From Ostreococcus lucimarinus (taxonomy: Eukaryota), in the NCBI GenBank assembly GCA_000092065.1, contig CP000593.1: DNA of 64,000 nucleotides. One strand, 5' to 3'. The translations under genes and the position numbers were made by a program. The notes under the pieces are model-generated. The model had not been told where the DNA came from, made no database searches, and saw nothing but the letters and a program-made list of their open reading frames with translations. Shown one piece after another: positions 19,565 to 29,920 of this stretch; positions within the stretch are counted from its first letter, which is position 1; every line of letters begins with the position of its first letter.

Positions 19565-20041
19565 TCACAATTCGTTTTCGTTACCTAATTTTTGCTTACA
19601 CGCCGCGTGCCGTTCCCTGTTCCGAGCGCCCAGGCGCCGTCGCGTCGCCTCTCGCTCTCTTTCCGTCATCTCTCTCCAGTTCTCGATGTACTTCGTCGTA
19701 CAATCGTGATTGATCACGACGGGACCAATCAAATCATCGACGGCGACTTTCTCCCCAAATCTAATACGCGTCACCACGTCGTCGTCGTCGCCGCGCGTCG
19801 GCAGCGCGTCGACGGCGCCGTCCCGCTCGCCGTCGAATGCGTCCAGGGACTCACTCGCTCTCCCGACTCGCGCGCTGCGCGCGACGACGACGGCGCAGAG
19901 TGCGATGCCGAAGCGCCTTCTCGACGCGCGGTGCCGTCGCATCGTCATCGCGCGTCGCGCGCGACGGCGCTGACGCCCGCGACGCCTTCGCGCGCCGCGG
20001 TCTGCGGCAGGCGCGCCGCGGCGCGCCGAGCCCATCGACAC
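19565..20041 (-). CDS. small hypothetical protein (possible mitochondrial presequence)
   Basis: C-terminal 70 residues are compositionally normal (VVTRIRFGEKVAVDDLIGPVVINHDCTTKYIENWREMTERE). N-terminus is Arg-rich. Lies directly 3' of the MYND-CS gene in another frame, so the call is weak. Confidence 0.3.
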   Translation of the reverse strand: MSMGSARRGAPAADRGARRRRGRQRRRARRAMTMRRHRASRRRFGIALCAVVVARSARVGRASESLDAFDGERDGAVDALPTRGDDDDVVTRIRFGEKVAVDDLIGPVVINHDCTTKYIENWREMTEREREATRRRLGARNRERHAACKQKLGNENEL

Positions 20042-20054
20042 ACGAATCGAGACG

Positions 20055-21065
20055 TCAGCGGCGCTGAGAAATCATCGGTGCGCTTGAACTTTTGCGTGCG
20101 TTGTTCCCGAGATCCTTCTCGATTTCGTACTCGGTGCTGAAGTACTCGCTCGGCGCCGGAAGCGGGAGCGACGCTTCCGCGTCGGCGAGGAGCTTCGGCC
20201 AAAACGTATCTGCGTTCGAGCACCCATTGTCGTAATGCCCGCGGCGATTCTTCTTGAGCATTGAAATTTCGAGTACGCCGTCGACGATGACCCACGTGCT
20301 GAGCTCGGCTTTGATGACGGCGGTGAGATTGCCTTGAACGACGACTTCGTCGCGCACGCGCACGTCGAGTCGCGTCGACGAGAGAAACACTTCCAAATCA
20401 TGTTTCTTCGTTCCGCGCGGAAGCTTCACGAAAACCTCGACGAACGACTGATTTTGTCTCCACTTGTACCGCTCGAGCTCCAAGCCAAGGTTGTCCGGAA
20501 CCTTTATGTCGAGCCACGCGACGTCCTCGGTGTCCTCTCGCGCCGCGAGCATTCGCGCCTCCTCCGCCGCTCGCATCTTTCGCATGTCCTCCGCGTCAAA
20601 GTCCGGCGGCGACGGTTTCGGATTCGCACGTCCGTACAAGTCGTCCTGCGTCACCACGTTACGATCGAGCCGATCGACTTCGTCTGCGTCATCGTTCAAA
20701 AGGCGCGTCGCGTCCCGTCGTCCGTCAGTCCGTCGTTCGCGCGCTCGTCTCCTCTCGTCGCATCGGGCTCGCGTTCGCGCTCGAGTTCGCCGCCCACCAT
20801 CCTTCAACACCGCCTGTTTCCCGTGTTTCCGCATCCACCGCGCGAATTTCGGCTCGTGTCGCTCCACCGCGTCCGCGAAATCATTCCTCCGGCACCACTG
20901 CTTGTGAAACGGCCAGTACGCGCGTTGACATTTGACCGAGCAAAACCACGCGCTTCGGCACCGCGCGCACACCGCGAGCGCGCGATCCGCGGCTCCGCAG
21001 TTTTGACACTCTTCCTTCGCGTCGACGCGCTCTTGATAGTGCGCGGGCGCCGTCACGAGACTCAT
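20055..21065 (-). CDS. MYND-type zinc finger + CS (p23/HSP20-like) domain protein
   Basis: zf-MYND CQNCGAADRALAVCARCRSAWFCSVKCQRAYWPFHKQWC. CS domain YKWRQNQSFVEVFVKLP...LEVFLSSTRLDVRVRDEVVVQGNLTAVIKAELSTWVIVDGVLEISMLK. ATG at 21065. Confidence 0.75.
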   Translation of the reverse strand: MSLVTAPAHYQERVDAKEECQNCGAADRALAVCARCRSAWFCSVKCQRAYWPFHKQWCRRNDFADAVERHEPKFARWMRKHGKQAVLKDGGRRTRARTRARCDERRRARERRTDGRRDATRLLNDDADEVDRLDRNVVTQDDLYGRANPKPSPPDFDAEDMRKMRAAEEARMLAAREDTEDVAWLDIKVPDNLGLELERYKWRQNQSFVEVFVKLPRGTKKHDLEVFLSSTRLDVRVRDEVVVQGNLTAVIKAELSTWVIVDGVLEISMLKKNRRGHYDNGCSNADTFWPKLLADAEASLPLPAPSEYFSTEYEIEKDLGNNARKSSSAPMISQRR

Positions 21066-21367
21066 CGCGCGCGTTTCTGCGGTGCGATGCGTTTCGCGCG
21101 CGCGCGGGCGTTTTTCGTCGAAACGCCCGCGCCATCAAATCCCATAGTTAACGACTCGCGTTGAGTCGCAACTCGTCGCGCCTGACCCTCGCGGAATCCG
21201 GCCGCCGGCGGCGCCGCATTCTCCGCGCGCGCGACCGCGCGACGCCCGACGCTCGCGCGCGACGCTCGCGCGTCGTCGACGCACACCGCGCGCGCGCGCC
21301 GCGCGTCTCCGAGCGACGCGGCGACGCCGATAACGCGCGAGACGGACGGACGCGACGCGACGCGAGG

Positions 21368-22228
21368 ATGACGTCCGCGCTCGCGCGCGCGACGCTCGCG
21401 CGCGCCGCGGGCTCGCGCGCGCACGGCGCGGCGAAAAAACGCTCGCCCGGGTCGACGCATAAGCCCTCGCAGCGATACGCGCGCGAGCACCCCGAGACGC
21501 GGGTCGAACGCAGGGCGGCGATCACGGAGGTGGTGCGAAAAGCGCGAGGCGGCGGCGCGGCGACGGCGGCGCGAAGAGACGCGCGCGCGAACGCGGCGAA
21601 GAGCCGCGCGGCGACGGCGAGCGCGGGAATGCGGGATTATGAAAACGCGGAGATTGCGCCGGCGCTGCCGTTGGTGGAGGTGCTGGAGCCGGAGACGAAT
21701 AGAAGGTTGTTGTGCACGCTGCGGCGCCGGTTTACGCTCGCGAGCGGGAGCGAGCGGTGCTTGGTGTTGCCGGTGGATACCCCGATCGATGTTTTGCGAG
21801 GCGAGGGATTGGACGAGAGCGAGGATTTGAGTGATATCGGAGACGATGAGCTGTTGCAAATATTACCCGACATGAATCGCGCGCTGGCGATGCGTGGATT
21901 TTTGCTTCAACGAAGCGCGTTTTGCATGACGGTTCGCGGTCCGGTGCGCATGAACGAGGACGACGCGCTCGAGATGGACACCGGCGGCGACGAACCGAAC
22001 GAGGGCGTGGAGGTGTGTACATTTACCAGCGGCACGTCGAGATACCTCGTCTACGCCCCGCTCAATCCGGTGCTCTTGATCACCAACGAAGACCCGGAGA
22101 CGCGTCTCCACGAGGTGTGCTTCGACGACGCCGACGTCGACGAAGCCACGCTCCAGGCCAATCTCGACGCCGAGTACGAGATGTTGAGCGAGCCCGAGGA
22201 CGAGTTATTCGCCGACGTCGCAGATTAG
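21368..22228 (+). CDS. hypothetical protein with presequence-like N-terminus and acidic C-terminus
   Basis: Track ORF starts at TTG 21161; first ATG at 21368 (MTSALARATLARAAG...). Non-repetitive core LLCTLRRRFTLASGSERCLVLPVDTPIDVL...LLQILPDMNRALAMRGFLLQRSAFCMTVRGP. Confidence 0.5.
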   Translation: MTSALARATLARAAGSRAHGAAKKRSPGSTHKPSQRYAREHPETRVERRAAITEVVRKARGGGAATAARRDARANAAKSRAATASAGMRDYENAEIAPALPLVEVLEPETNRRLLCTLRRRFTLASGSERCLVLPVDTPIDVLRGEGLDESEDLSDIGDDELLQILPDMNRALAMRGFLLQRSAFCMTVRGPVRMNEDDALEMDTGGDEPNEGVEVCTFTSGTSRYLVYAPLNPVLLITNEDPETRLHEVCFDDADVDEATLQANLDAEYEMLSEPEDELFADVAD

Positions 22229-22371
22229 CCCCGACGCGTCCACGCTCGTTCGAGCGTTTGTTATACGATATTCCGACCGATTCCGCGCCGACGACCGTCG
22301 TCTCGCTCGCCTTCGCGCGCGCCCGCCGCCGCGTCGTCTTCACTTTCCCGCGCGCGTCGCCGCGCGGCGGC

Positions 22372-23700
22372 ATGCCCTCACCCGCGCCGCCCGCGCCCAA
22401 ATCACCCAAGCGCACCAACGCCACCATCGCGCTCGCCCGCGCGCCGCGCGCGTGCTCGGGCGCGGCGCTCGGGTACTTTTTCATCGCCCTCGTCTGCGTC
22501 ATCTGGATCGCCGCGTCGTTTCTCGTCGCCCGACTCGAGGCGCACGGCCTGTCCCCGGTGCTCCTGAGCTTCATATGCGGCTCGGGGTTCATCATACTCG
22601 TCCCGCTGCGGCTCGGGACGATCGCGCGGGGATGCGCGGCGATGGTGGAGAGCGCGCGAGGCGCGCGCGCGGGACAGCGGGACGCGAGGCGCGGCGCGGG
22701 ACGCGCGAACGCGGACGACGAGGCGGAGCGAGGACACAGCTCGAGCGCGCGCGCGGGCGCGGCGAAGAAAAGAACGCCGGGAGAAGGACACGCGAACGCG
22801 GTGGAATTAGTGCCGCTGGCGACGGCGGGAGGAGAGGGAGAGACGAGAGACGCGGAACGGGGCAAGGCGAACGAGACGGCGGCGAGTCGCGCGAAGAGAC
22901 GCGGCGAGGCGGGTATGTATAGTTTTGAGTATCATCTCAAGGCGGCGTTCGTCGTGGCGCCGATATGGGTGATGGCGCAGTTGGCGTTTGATTATAGCCT
23001 GCTGATGACGACGGTGACGGCGAATTCGATGCTGAGTTCGTCGAGCGCGGTGTTTACGTTCGTCGTGAGCGTGTACATGGGCCTGGATAAGTTTTCGTGG
23101 ATGAAAGTCGCGGCCATCGTGGCGTACGTCATCGGCACCGTGCTCGTGACGTTGGCGGATAGGGACCCGCGGGGGGTGAATTTCGACGAAGCCTCGGCCG
23201 AGGATATGGCGAACAACGCCCTCGGGCAGAACATTCAGTCGCCCGCGCTCGGCAACGTCTTGGCGCTCGCCGCGGCGGGGCTCTACGCGCTGTACACAGC
23301 CACCATGAAGCTTTACTTGAAGGATGACGACAAAACCGACATGACTTTGTTCTTCGCGCTCATGGGGATCTTTAATTTCGTCGGCTACGGCGCGGTGTTG
23401 ATCGTCACTCGCGCCCTAAACGGTTTGCCGAATTTATTCTTCGCCTTCACCGAGCGCGTCTTCTGGCTCGCGTGCGCCAAGGCATTTTTTGACAACGTCC
23501 TCAGCGATTATCTCTGGGCGCGCGCGGTCCTGCTCACGTCTCCCACGGTGGCGTCGATCGGTTTATCGCTTCAGATCCCCCTCGCGGCGACGGTGGAGGT
23601 ATTCATCGGCCAACCCGCGTGGGCGTCGCACTTTCAAAACGCCGCCCTCATGGCGAGCGGAACGCTCTTCGTCATCGCCGGTTTCTTAGGCGTCGCCTGA
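22372..23700 (+). CDS. EamA/DMT-superfamily transporter, SLC35F5-like
   Basis: ATG at 22372 after the upstream gene ends at 22228. About 10 predicted TM helices in a duplicated EamA-like arrangement (AIVAYVIGTVLVTLAD...LALAAAGLYALYTATMK). Confidence 0.7.
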   Translation: MPSPAPPAPKSPKRTNATIALARAPRACSGAALGYFFIALVCVIWIAASFLVARLEAHGLSPVLLSFICGSGFIILVPLRLGTIARGCAAMVESARGARAGQRDARRGAGRANADDEAERGHSSSARAGAAKKRTPGEGHANAVELVPLATAGGEGETRDAERGKANETAASRAKRRGEAGMYSFEYHLKAAFVVAPIWVMAQLAFDYSLLMTTVTANSMLSSSSAVFTFVVSVYMGLDKFSWMKVAAIVAYVIGTVLVTLADRDPRGVNFDEASAEDMANNALGQNIQSPALGNVLALAAAGLYALYTATMKLYLKDDDKTDMTLFFALMGIFNFVGYGAVLIVTRALNGLPNLFFAFTERVFWLACAKAFFDNVLSDYLWARAVLLTSPTVASIGLSLQIPLAATVEVFIGQPAWASHFQNAALMASGTLFVIAGFLGVA

Positions 23701-23737
23701 TCACATCGAGCGGCTCGGATGATCGACTTGTGATAAT

Positions 23738-23778
23738 CATTAGAAGTGTAGAAGCTTGATTAGAAGTGTAGAGGCTTT
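23738..23778. repeat. tandem duplication of a 20-bp unit ATTAGAAGTGTAGA(A/G)GCTT
   Basis: Two adjacent copies differing at one position, about 135 bp upstream of the Myb gene ATG (23913) in the SLC35F-Myb spacer. Confidence 0.6.
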
Positions 23779-23912
23779 TCGTACGCATTTCGAGCCGGCG
23801 AGTCGGCGAGCCCGTCGACGGCGCCGCCGCGCGCCGCGTTCGCCGTCCCCGCATTCACGCGCGCGGCGTGGCGCACCGCGCGTCCCTCTCCGCGCGCGCG
23901 CGCGCGCCCGCG

Positions 23913-24479
23913 ATGGCAACCGCCAAGTATAAGTGGACGCGCGCCGAAGAGGACGCCCTGCGCGACGGCGTGCGCAAGCACGGCCCCGGAAAGTGGCGCA
24001 CGATCCAAAAAGACCCCGAGCTCGGCGACATCCTGCGCGCGCGCTCCAACGTCGATCTCAAGGATAAATGGCGCAACATGAGAGAGTCCGGCGCGCTGGA
24101 CGCGGCGGACGCGACGGGCGGCGCGGAGGAGGAGCGAGAGGCGTCGGATAGGGAACACGCGGAGGGAGGCGGGAAACGACGACGACGCGACGGAGACGAA
24201 GCGGAGACTTCGAACGCGAAAGGGAAAGAAAACGCCATGGATGCGGTGACGAACGCGTTGTTTAACGAGACGCAGCGAGTGAAGCGAGAGGCGAGCGCGG
24301 CGGAGGCGGAGGCGAGCGCGGCGGAGGCGCACGCGGCGCGGTGCGAACGCGAGGCGTGGGAGGCGGAGAAACTGGCGAGGGAATTGATCGACGAGGCGCA
24401 GCGACAAAAGGTGGGGATTCCCGTGGAAGGGACGGTGGACGTCGCGGACGTCGCGGCGGATTTGCTCGAGGAGGAGTGA
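23913..24479 (+). CDS. single-Myb (telobox/TRF-like) DNA-binding protein
   Basis: Myb/[54 protein letters not shown], followed by an acidic/coiled-coil C-terminus. First ATG at 23913 (track ORF begins at GTG 23868). Confidence 0.7.
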   Translation: MATAKYKWTRAEEDALRDGVRKHGPGKWRTIQKDPELGDILRARSNVDLKDKWRNMRESGALDAADATGGAEEEREASDREHAEGGGKRRRRDGDEAETSNAKGKENAMDAVTNALFNETQRVKREASAAEAEASAAEAHAARCEREAWEAEKLARELIDEAQRQKVGIPVEGTVDVADVAADLLEEE

Positions 24480-24635
24480 GCGCGGCGCGTCGTCGCGAAC
24501 CGAGTCGCGAAGACAGACGCGTTCGCTACGCTTCGCGAAGACTCGACGTTCGACGTTTGACTACGAACGCATGTTAGATTACCGTATTTTTAGCTAGCGC
24601 AACGACCGACGCTCGCGTCGTCGACGTCGATCGAT

Positions 24636-25109
24636 TCAACCCGGCGGTCGAATCGAGCGATCCAACTTGTCCACGTGCGCGCGCCCCGCCTCGGTGACGC
24701 TAAACGTAAAATTCCCTCTCCCTCGTCGCTTCCCGCCGCCCGAGTCGCGCTCGCCCTCTCCGGGCGGGCTCGTCGACACGCGATCGATCGCCTTCATCTT
24801 ATTCAGCAATCCCTTCATGTGACGCATCGATCGCGTTCCGACGCCGAGCGCCGACGCGCGCTCGAACAGCGCCCTCGTCGTCATCGCCCCCTCATCGCGC
24901 AGGACGCGCAGGAGCCCCGCCATGGGCCCTCTCCCCGCCGCGTAACGATCGATCGGCGCGCGGTCGTCCGACGCGCTCGCCGCGCTGAGGCGCGACGAGG
25001 CGACGGCGAAGCCGCGAGAGGTCTGCGGCGCGGCGACGATTTGAAGCGACGAAGACGCGCGCGCGAACGACGCGCGCGCCAGAGCGACGAGCGAAGACGT
25101 CGAGGGCAT
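24636..25109 (-). CDS. small hypothetical protein with mitochondrial-presequence-like N-terminus
   Basis: MPSTSSLVALARASFARASSSLQIV... then GLLRVLRDEGAMTTRALFERASALGV...MKGLLNKMKAI. Real ATG at 25109. No confident family assignment. Confidence 0.4.
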   Translation of the reverse strand: MPSTSSLVALARASFARASSSLQIVAAPQTSRGFAVASSRLSAASASDDRAPIDRYAAGRGPMAGLLRVLRDEGAMTTRALFERASALGVGTRSMRHMKGLLNKMKAIDRVSTSPPGEGERDSGGGKRRGRGNFTFSVTEAGRAHVDKLDRSIRPPG

Positions 25110-25350
25110 CGCGCTCGACCGCTCGGGCGAAGGCGGCGGGAAGCGCGCGCGCGCGAGTGCGGAGGGCCGAGCGCGCGCGCGAGGTTTTGGTCGACGAAGT
25201 CGGGACGCGACGACGACGCGCGACGGTCGTCGCGCGAGGCGAGGCGAGGCGCGGTGCGCGGTGCCGAGACGATGAATTACATAAAAAACACCGAGGTTTC
25301 GTCCGCCCGAAGCGCGCGCGATCGCGACGCGCGCGTGGCGAATGATTCGG

Positions 25351-26262
25351 TCACGCGTTGACGGCGTCGGAGCTCGCGCGAAACTTTTCGGCTCGCCGAC
25401 GCTTCGCGTCTTTGAAACTCTTCGTCGCGCGCGACTGCTCGCCGCGCGCCGCGTACTCTCGACTCCACGCGAACATGTCGTCTCGCACGCCCTCGAACCC
25501 GCCCTCGAGCGCGCTCGCGTTGACGAAGACGATAAAGTCCACGCGCGCCGGCCACGCGTCCTTGTTCGTGCGAAACGCGTGCCGAATCCGTCGCTTTATC
25601 AGATTTCGATCCACCGCGCGCTTCACCTGTTTCTTCGGCACGACGATCCCGATTCGCGTGCACGTCGCCGGTTCGTGATTCGCGTTATCCACCGCGCGAA
25701 TTCGCAGATGCGCACCGTTATACGTCCGCCCCTCTCGCTTGACGCGATCGAAATCCGCGTTCGTCTTCAACCGCTCGCGCGGTCTGAACACCTCCCCCTC
25801 GATCGACTCCGTCCGCGCCGCGCGCGCCGGTTTTCGCCCGCTCATCTCTCCCCAGTTCCCGCCCTTACCGCCCGCGCGCTCCTCCGGTCGTCCGTCCGCG
25901 TCGTTCGCCGTCGACGCCGCCGCCGCGTCGTCGTCGCCCGCCGCGTCGCTCGACGCCGCCCGCGTCGTCGTCGTCGTCGTCCCTCGCCCCGTCCGCGCCG
26001 CGCGCTCGGCGTCGCTCGCCGACGCGCGCGTCGAGAGATCCGCGCGCGTCGTCGCCGGCGCGCGCCACGCGTCGCGCGCGCGCGTCGCGCCGTCGCGCGT
26101 CGTCGCGCGTCGTCCCGCCGCCGCCGCCGTCGTCGTCGCCAGCGCGCGCGCCAGCGCGCGGCGCATCGCGCGCGCCGGGGCGACGCGGTGCGTCGTCGCG
26201 CGCGCGCGCGGCGGTCGCGGCGCTCCGACGGCGCGCGCGAGCGACGCCGCGCGCGTCGGCAT
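25351..26262 (-). CDS. rnpA: bacterial-type ribonuclease P protein component (RnpA), nuclear-encoded with organelle-targeting presequence
   Basis: RnpA core RLKTNADFDRVKREGRTYNGAHLRIRAV...IGIVVPKKQVKRAVDRNLIKRRIRHAFR. Preceded by about 200 residues rich in Ala/Arg/Thr. The track ORF extends to GTG 26502; the ATG used here is residue 81 (26262). Confidence 0.7.
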   Translation of the reverse strand: MPTRAASLARAVGAPRPPRARATTHRVAPARAMRRALARALATTTAAAAGRRATTRDGATRARDAWRAPATTRADLSTRASASDAERAARTGRGTTTTTTRAASSDAAGDDDAAAASTANDADGRPEERAGGKGGNWGEMSGRKPARAARTESIEGEVFRPRERLKTNADFDRVKREGRTYNGAHLRIRAVDNANHEPATCTRIGIVVPKKQVKRAVDRNLIKRRIRHAFRTNKDAWPARVDFIVFVNASALEGGFEGVRDDMFAWSREYAARGEQSRATKSFKDAKRRRAEKFRASSDAVNA

Positions 26263-26365
26263 GCGTCGGCGAATGCGGAATCGCGAATCGAACGTCGCAT
26301 TGCGCGCCTCGCGACGCGACGACGCGCGGCGCGCCGGCGTGCGACGCGCGACGTGAACGCGCGGG

Positions 26366-29300
26366 ATGTCGCGCGCGCGCGAGACCGGCGTCTCGGCGCG
26401 CGCGCGAGACGAGGACGACGAAAACGACGGTCGAGCGGATTCGAATGCGAGCGCGCATTCGGCGAGTCGAAGCGACGCGACGCGCGCGCGCGCGCCGAGC
26501 ACGCCGCGAGGGTACGATCACGATGGGTCGTTTCACGACGTCGGCACGCCGGCGACGGCGGCGACGGCGGGAGGCGAGAGAGGGACGTCGAACTCGGTGG
26601 CGCGGCGAATCGCGGCGCTCGAGCGAAGCGGCGACGACGCGAACGCGAACGCGCGTCGCGCGTCGTCGAGTGATGCCTCACGCGGCGATGGATGGCGATC
26701 GGGATCGTCGTCGGTGAAGTCGGCGGCGGCGCTGGAGCGCGTGGCGGAGGATGTGCGGAGCGTGCGGATGAAATTGTTCGCGGCGTCGACGAGCGCGGCG
26801 AGAGCGACGGACGAATACGGCGACGCGTTGAGGGAAGCGGGAGAGGGGTTGGATTGGCGACCGGTGGTGACGCGGGCGGTGGGAGTGATTGAGGACGCGG
26901 ATGTGGACGCGCGGGCGCGCGCGGCGCGCGTCGCTAAACGGGTGCGGGAGGAGTTGGACGCGCGCGAGAGAGAGCGAGGCGCGAGGTTGGAGGCGTTGGC
27001 GGAGCGGCGGAGCGAAGCAGCGGCGGCGTCGAACAGGGCGTCCAAGGCCTCGGAAAAGAAGAATCTTCCGGTGTTTTTAACGGGTGTCGCGTCGTCTTCG
27101 AGCAAACACGCGAATTTTGTTCGTGGTGGGAAGGCGTTGGACGAGGGCGCGGCCAAGGCGACGAAACGTTTGGCGTTTGAGATTTTGCGAGGCGCCGCGG
27201 GACGTTCGCGAGCGTTGCGAAGGGCGGCGAACGATATGGGAATGATTCGTCGCGCGCCGATTTTAAAGCGTGCGTTCGACGCGCTTCGCGCGCACGCCGT
27301 GATATGCGCGCCTCGAACTCGAGCGATGCGCGAAGCGTGCGAAACGTTCGTCGTCGTGACCGATCGTAGGATGCGACGGTCGGCGTTCAAGTCGTGGCGC
27401 GAGGGTGTGCGAGAACAAACGTTAGGTAAGACGTGTGCGGCGATTCACAACGTTCGGATCGCGCAAGCGGCGTTACATCATTGGGAGCTTTTTGCAGCAC
27501 GGGCGTTTTGGAAACGAAAGGCGAACGAGTTGGCGCACTCGTACGCCACCGGAAGATTACGCACCCTCGCGTTTTGCGGGTGGTTGCTGCACGCGCGTCG
27601 CGTTAAGGAACGCCGTATCGCCGTGCGTGCGCGAATGTTTGGCATGTCCGTACCAGAGGCGCAGCGTGCGATCCATGAAAAGGTTAAATACACTGCGCAC
27701 GACGCTCACTTGATGATGAAAAGTGAGTTGAAGTACCTGTTCGAGAAGCGCTGCTCGGAAAGCGCGCTACGATCGCAAGTCTCGTCATCGCTAAAACTCA
27801 TTCGCACGCTCGAGAACATGCGGAGATTTACTGCGGACGGAGAAGATGTGGCGTGGGCGTCGAGTGATTCAGCCATGTTTCGGGGGATCGGCGCCGCTAA
27901 GCGGCATTTGCATGTGGGATTTTCGACACGAGGACGAACGGACTCGCCGCGGCGGAAAACGTTGTCGCTCAACAGAGATGACGTCGCGGCGTCGCGAACG
28001 GCGGCAGCGATCGAAAAGGTCGCGACGACGATTGATTTCATTCCGGACAACTCGATGAACGTCGATGCGCTGAGTGCAGACGCATACGAGCTCTCGCAAG
28101 AGCATCAACGAGCGCTGACAAGCGCGCGTGACGCGACTCAAAAGTGCGTCGCCGCGCGAAAGGCGGCGCACGACACGAGTCTCAGGGCGAGTCGACTCGT
28201 CGCAAACGCCGATTCGCGGGCGAACGCGGCGGTTCAGGGCGCGCAGGATGCGATGAATGAGTCGATCAAGGCTGAGTTCCTTGCCATCGAAGCGGAAGAG
28301 TCCGCCAATCTCGCCGAGCGCCGCGCAGAAGAGCTCTCGGAATCCGGCGCGGGCGACGAAAAAGTGATCGCGCACGCGCTTCAGCGGGCCGCCGAAGCGG
28401 CGGCTTGCGCGGTCAATCTATCTTCCGCGCACGTAGCCGCCGCTCGAGTTGCAGAACGCGCAATCGATATCGCTGAAGAGCATAAAGAGGCGGCGAGAAT
28501 GTTGAAGGCGCAAGCGGAGGAAGACGTCGAGAAAGCACAGACGCGCGTGCTCGAAGCGGAAGCCGTCGTCATGGCGACGGCGAAACTGGAGCGAGAACTC
28601 AACGCAAAGGCGGTGAACGCGATGAAACGTTTGCAGCGCGCGACGGGTGATTCCGTCGTTTTCCACGACGGAAGTTTATTCGATCGTGATTCCAACGAAA
28701 ACGCGGTGTTTTCTCCCACGAAGGCGCGAAGCGCTGAGGAGAAGAAAATTATGCGACGACGCGTGACCTGGGACTCGTTTGGCGAAGGAATCGACGACGA
28801 CGACGATGATATCGTTGAGAGCATGCAAAACATATCTCTTGCGCCGGGAAAGTGGTATACGCTCGCGGAGTGTGCGACGCAAGCGTACGCCAAGAGGCTC
28901 GCACGCAAAGTACTCGCCGGTTTTGCGAAAAACATCGCGTGGCGTCGGCAACAGCGCGACGCCGCGCAGTTGTCGTTCATCACGAACATCTTCACCTCTT
29001 GGGCGAACGTAGCGCACATCAACCAGACGCGTCGCAGGCTCGTGGAGAGCGTCGTGGATGAGGTCGTCAGCGAAGATCGCGAGCGACGGCTGCGCGCATA
29101 CGTTTCGTGCCTGCAGAAGCACGCCAAGTGGCGCAAAGCGCGCTGCGAGGAGCTGAAAATTAGCCTCCGACGCGTCGTCGCGCCGACGATCACACGGCCC
29201 GCGTTCGATCACTGGCGAAAGAAAGTGGCAAATATTTACCTCGTCCGGCGAGTCGTGAATCGCGCCATCGTCGCATGGAGAGAGCGCATCGCCAAACCGT

Positions 29301-29656
29301 CGCACTCAAACGCGTTTTACGCGATGTACGATGCCTTGCACGCTTGGCGCCGCGTCGCCGAAGAGCGTCGCCTTCGCCGCCACCGCTCACGAACGGCGAT
29401 GGAGTATCATCGTGTCACGCTCACTTTGAAGGCTTTGAACTCTTGGAGAGCTTTCACCGAGGCGCGTGCCGAGCGCGTTCGCGAGCGTCGCATCGCTCTC
29501 GAGCGATCTCGCCGTCGTCGCCGTCTCGCCGTGGAATCCTATTACCGCGCGCTCGCCTCGCGAGCGCTCTTACTCTGGCGCGCCGTCGCCGTCGCCAATC
29601 GACAATCTAGCACCCCACATCGCGCGCGACGCGCGATCGCGCGCGCTTCGCATTAG
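26366..29656 (+). CDS. large repeat protein with Sfi1-like (centrin-binding) W-repeats
   Basis: 1096 codons from ATG 26366. C-terminal half has regularly spaced x-hydrophobic-x-W-R/K motifs (IAWRR, FTSWAN, AKWRK, FDHWRK, IVAWRE, LHAWRR, LNSWRA, LLLWRA) every 23-33 residues, as in Sfi1 repeats. Family assignment tentative. Confidence 0.5.
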   Translation: MSRARETGVSARARDEDDENDGRADSNASAHSASRSDATRARAPSTPRGYDHDGSFHDVGTPATAATAGGERGTSNSVARRIAALERSGDDANANARRASSSDASRGDGWRSGSSSVKSAAALERVAEDVRSVRMKLFAASTSAARATDEYGDALREAGEGLDWRPVVTRAVGVIEDADVDARARAARVAKRVREELDARERERGARLEALAERRSEAAAASNRASKASEKKNLPVFLTGVASSSSKHANFVRGGKALDEGAAKATKRLAFEILRGAAGRSRALRRAANDMGMIRRAPILKRAFDALRAHAVICAPRTRAMREACETFVVVTDRRMRRSAFKSWREGVREQTLGKTCAAIHNVRIAQAALHHWELFAARAFWKRKANELAHSYATGRLRTLAFCGWLLHARRVKERRIAVRARMFGMSVPEAQRAIHEKVKYTAHDAHLMMKSELKYLFEKRCSESALRSQVSSSLKLIRTLENMRRFTADGEDVAWASSDSAMFRGIGAAKRHLHVGFSTRGRTDSPRRKTLSLNRDDVAASRTAAAIEKVATTIDFIPDNSMNVDALSADAYELSQEHQRALTSARDATQKCVAARKAAHDTSLRASRLVANADSRANAAVQGAQDAMNESIKAEFLAIEAEESANLAERRAEELSESGAGDEKVIAHALQRAAEAAACAVNLSSAHVAAARVAERAIDIAEEHKEAARMLKAQAEEDVEKAQTRVLEAEAVVMATAKLERELNAKAVNAMKRLQRATGDSVVFHDGSLFDRDSNENAVFSPTKARSAEEKKIMRRRVTWDSFGEGIDDDDDDIVESMQNISLAPGKWYTLAECATQAYAKRLARKVLAGFAKNIAWRRQQRDAAQLSFITNIFTSWANVAHINQTRRRLVESVVDEVVSEDRERRLRAYVSCLQKHAKWRKARCEELKISLRRVVAPTITRPAFDHWRKKVANIYLVRRVVNRAIVAWRERIAKPSHSNAFYAMYDALHAWRRVAEERRLRRHRSRTAMEYHRVTLTLKALNSWRAFTEARAERVRERRIALERSRRRRRLAVESYYRALASRALLLWRAVAVANRQSSTPHRARRAIARASH

Positions 29657-29920
29657 AACTTGATGTATTCGCTCATCGGTACCTTTAGAACTTTCCGCGC
29701 CGCCTTCGAGTCCAGAACGCGAACGACGAGCGTCGCCCCGCGCGCTCAATTGCCATAACAGACTCGCATCCTCTCCCAAAGTCGACACGTCACACATCCG
29801 CGCGCGTCGTCGCATCGCCCGCGCGCGCCGCGCGCGCGCGGGCGCGCGCACCGCGAACCGCGTTTCGCGCGTCGTTCGCGCGCGACGTCGGCGCGTCGTC
29901 GGCGCGTCGTCGACGATTCC

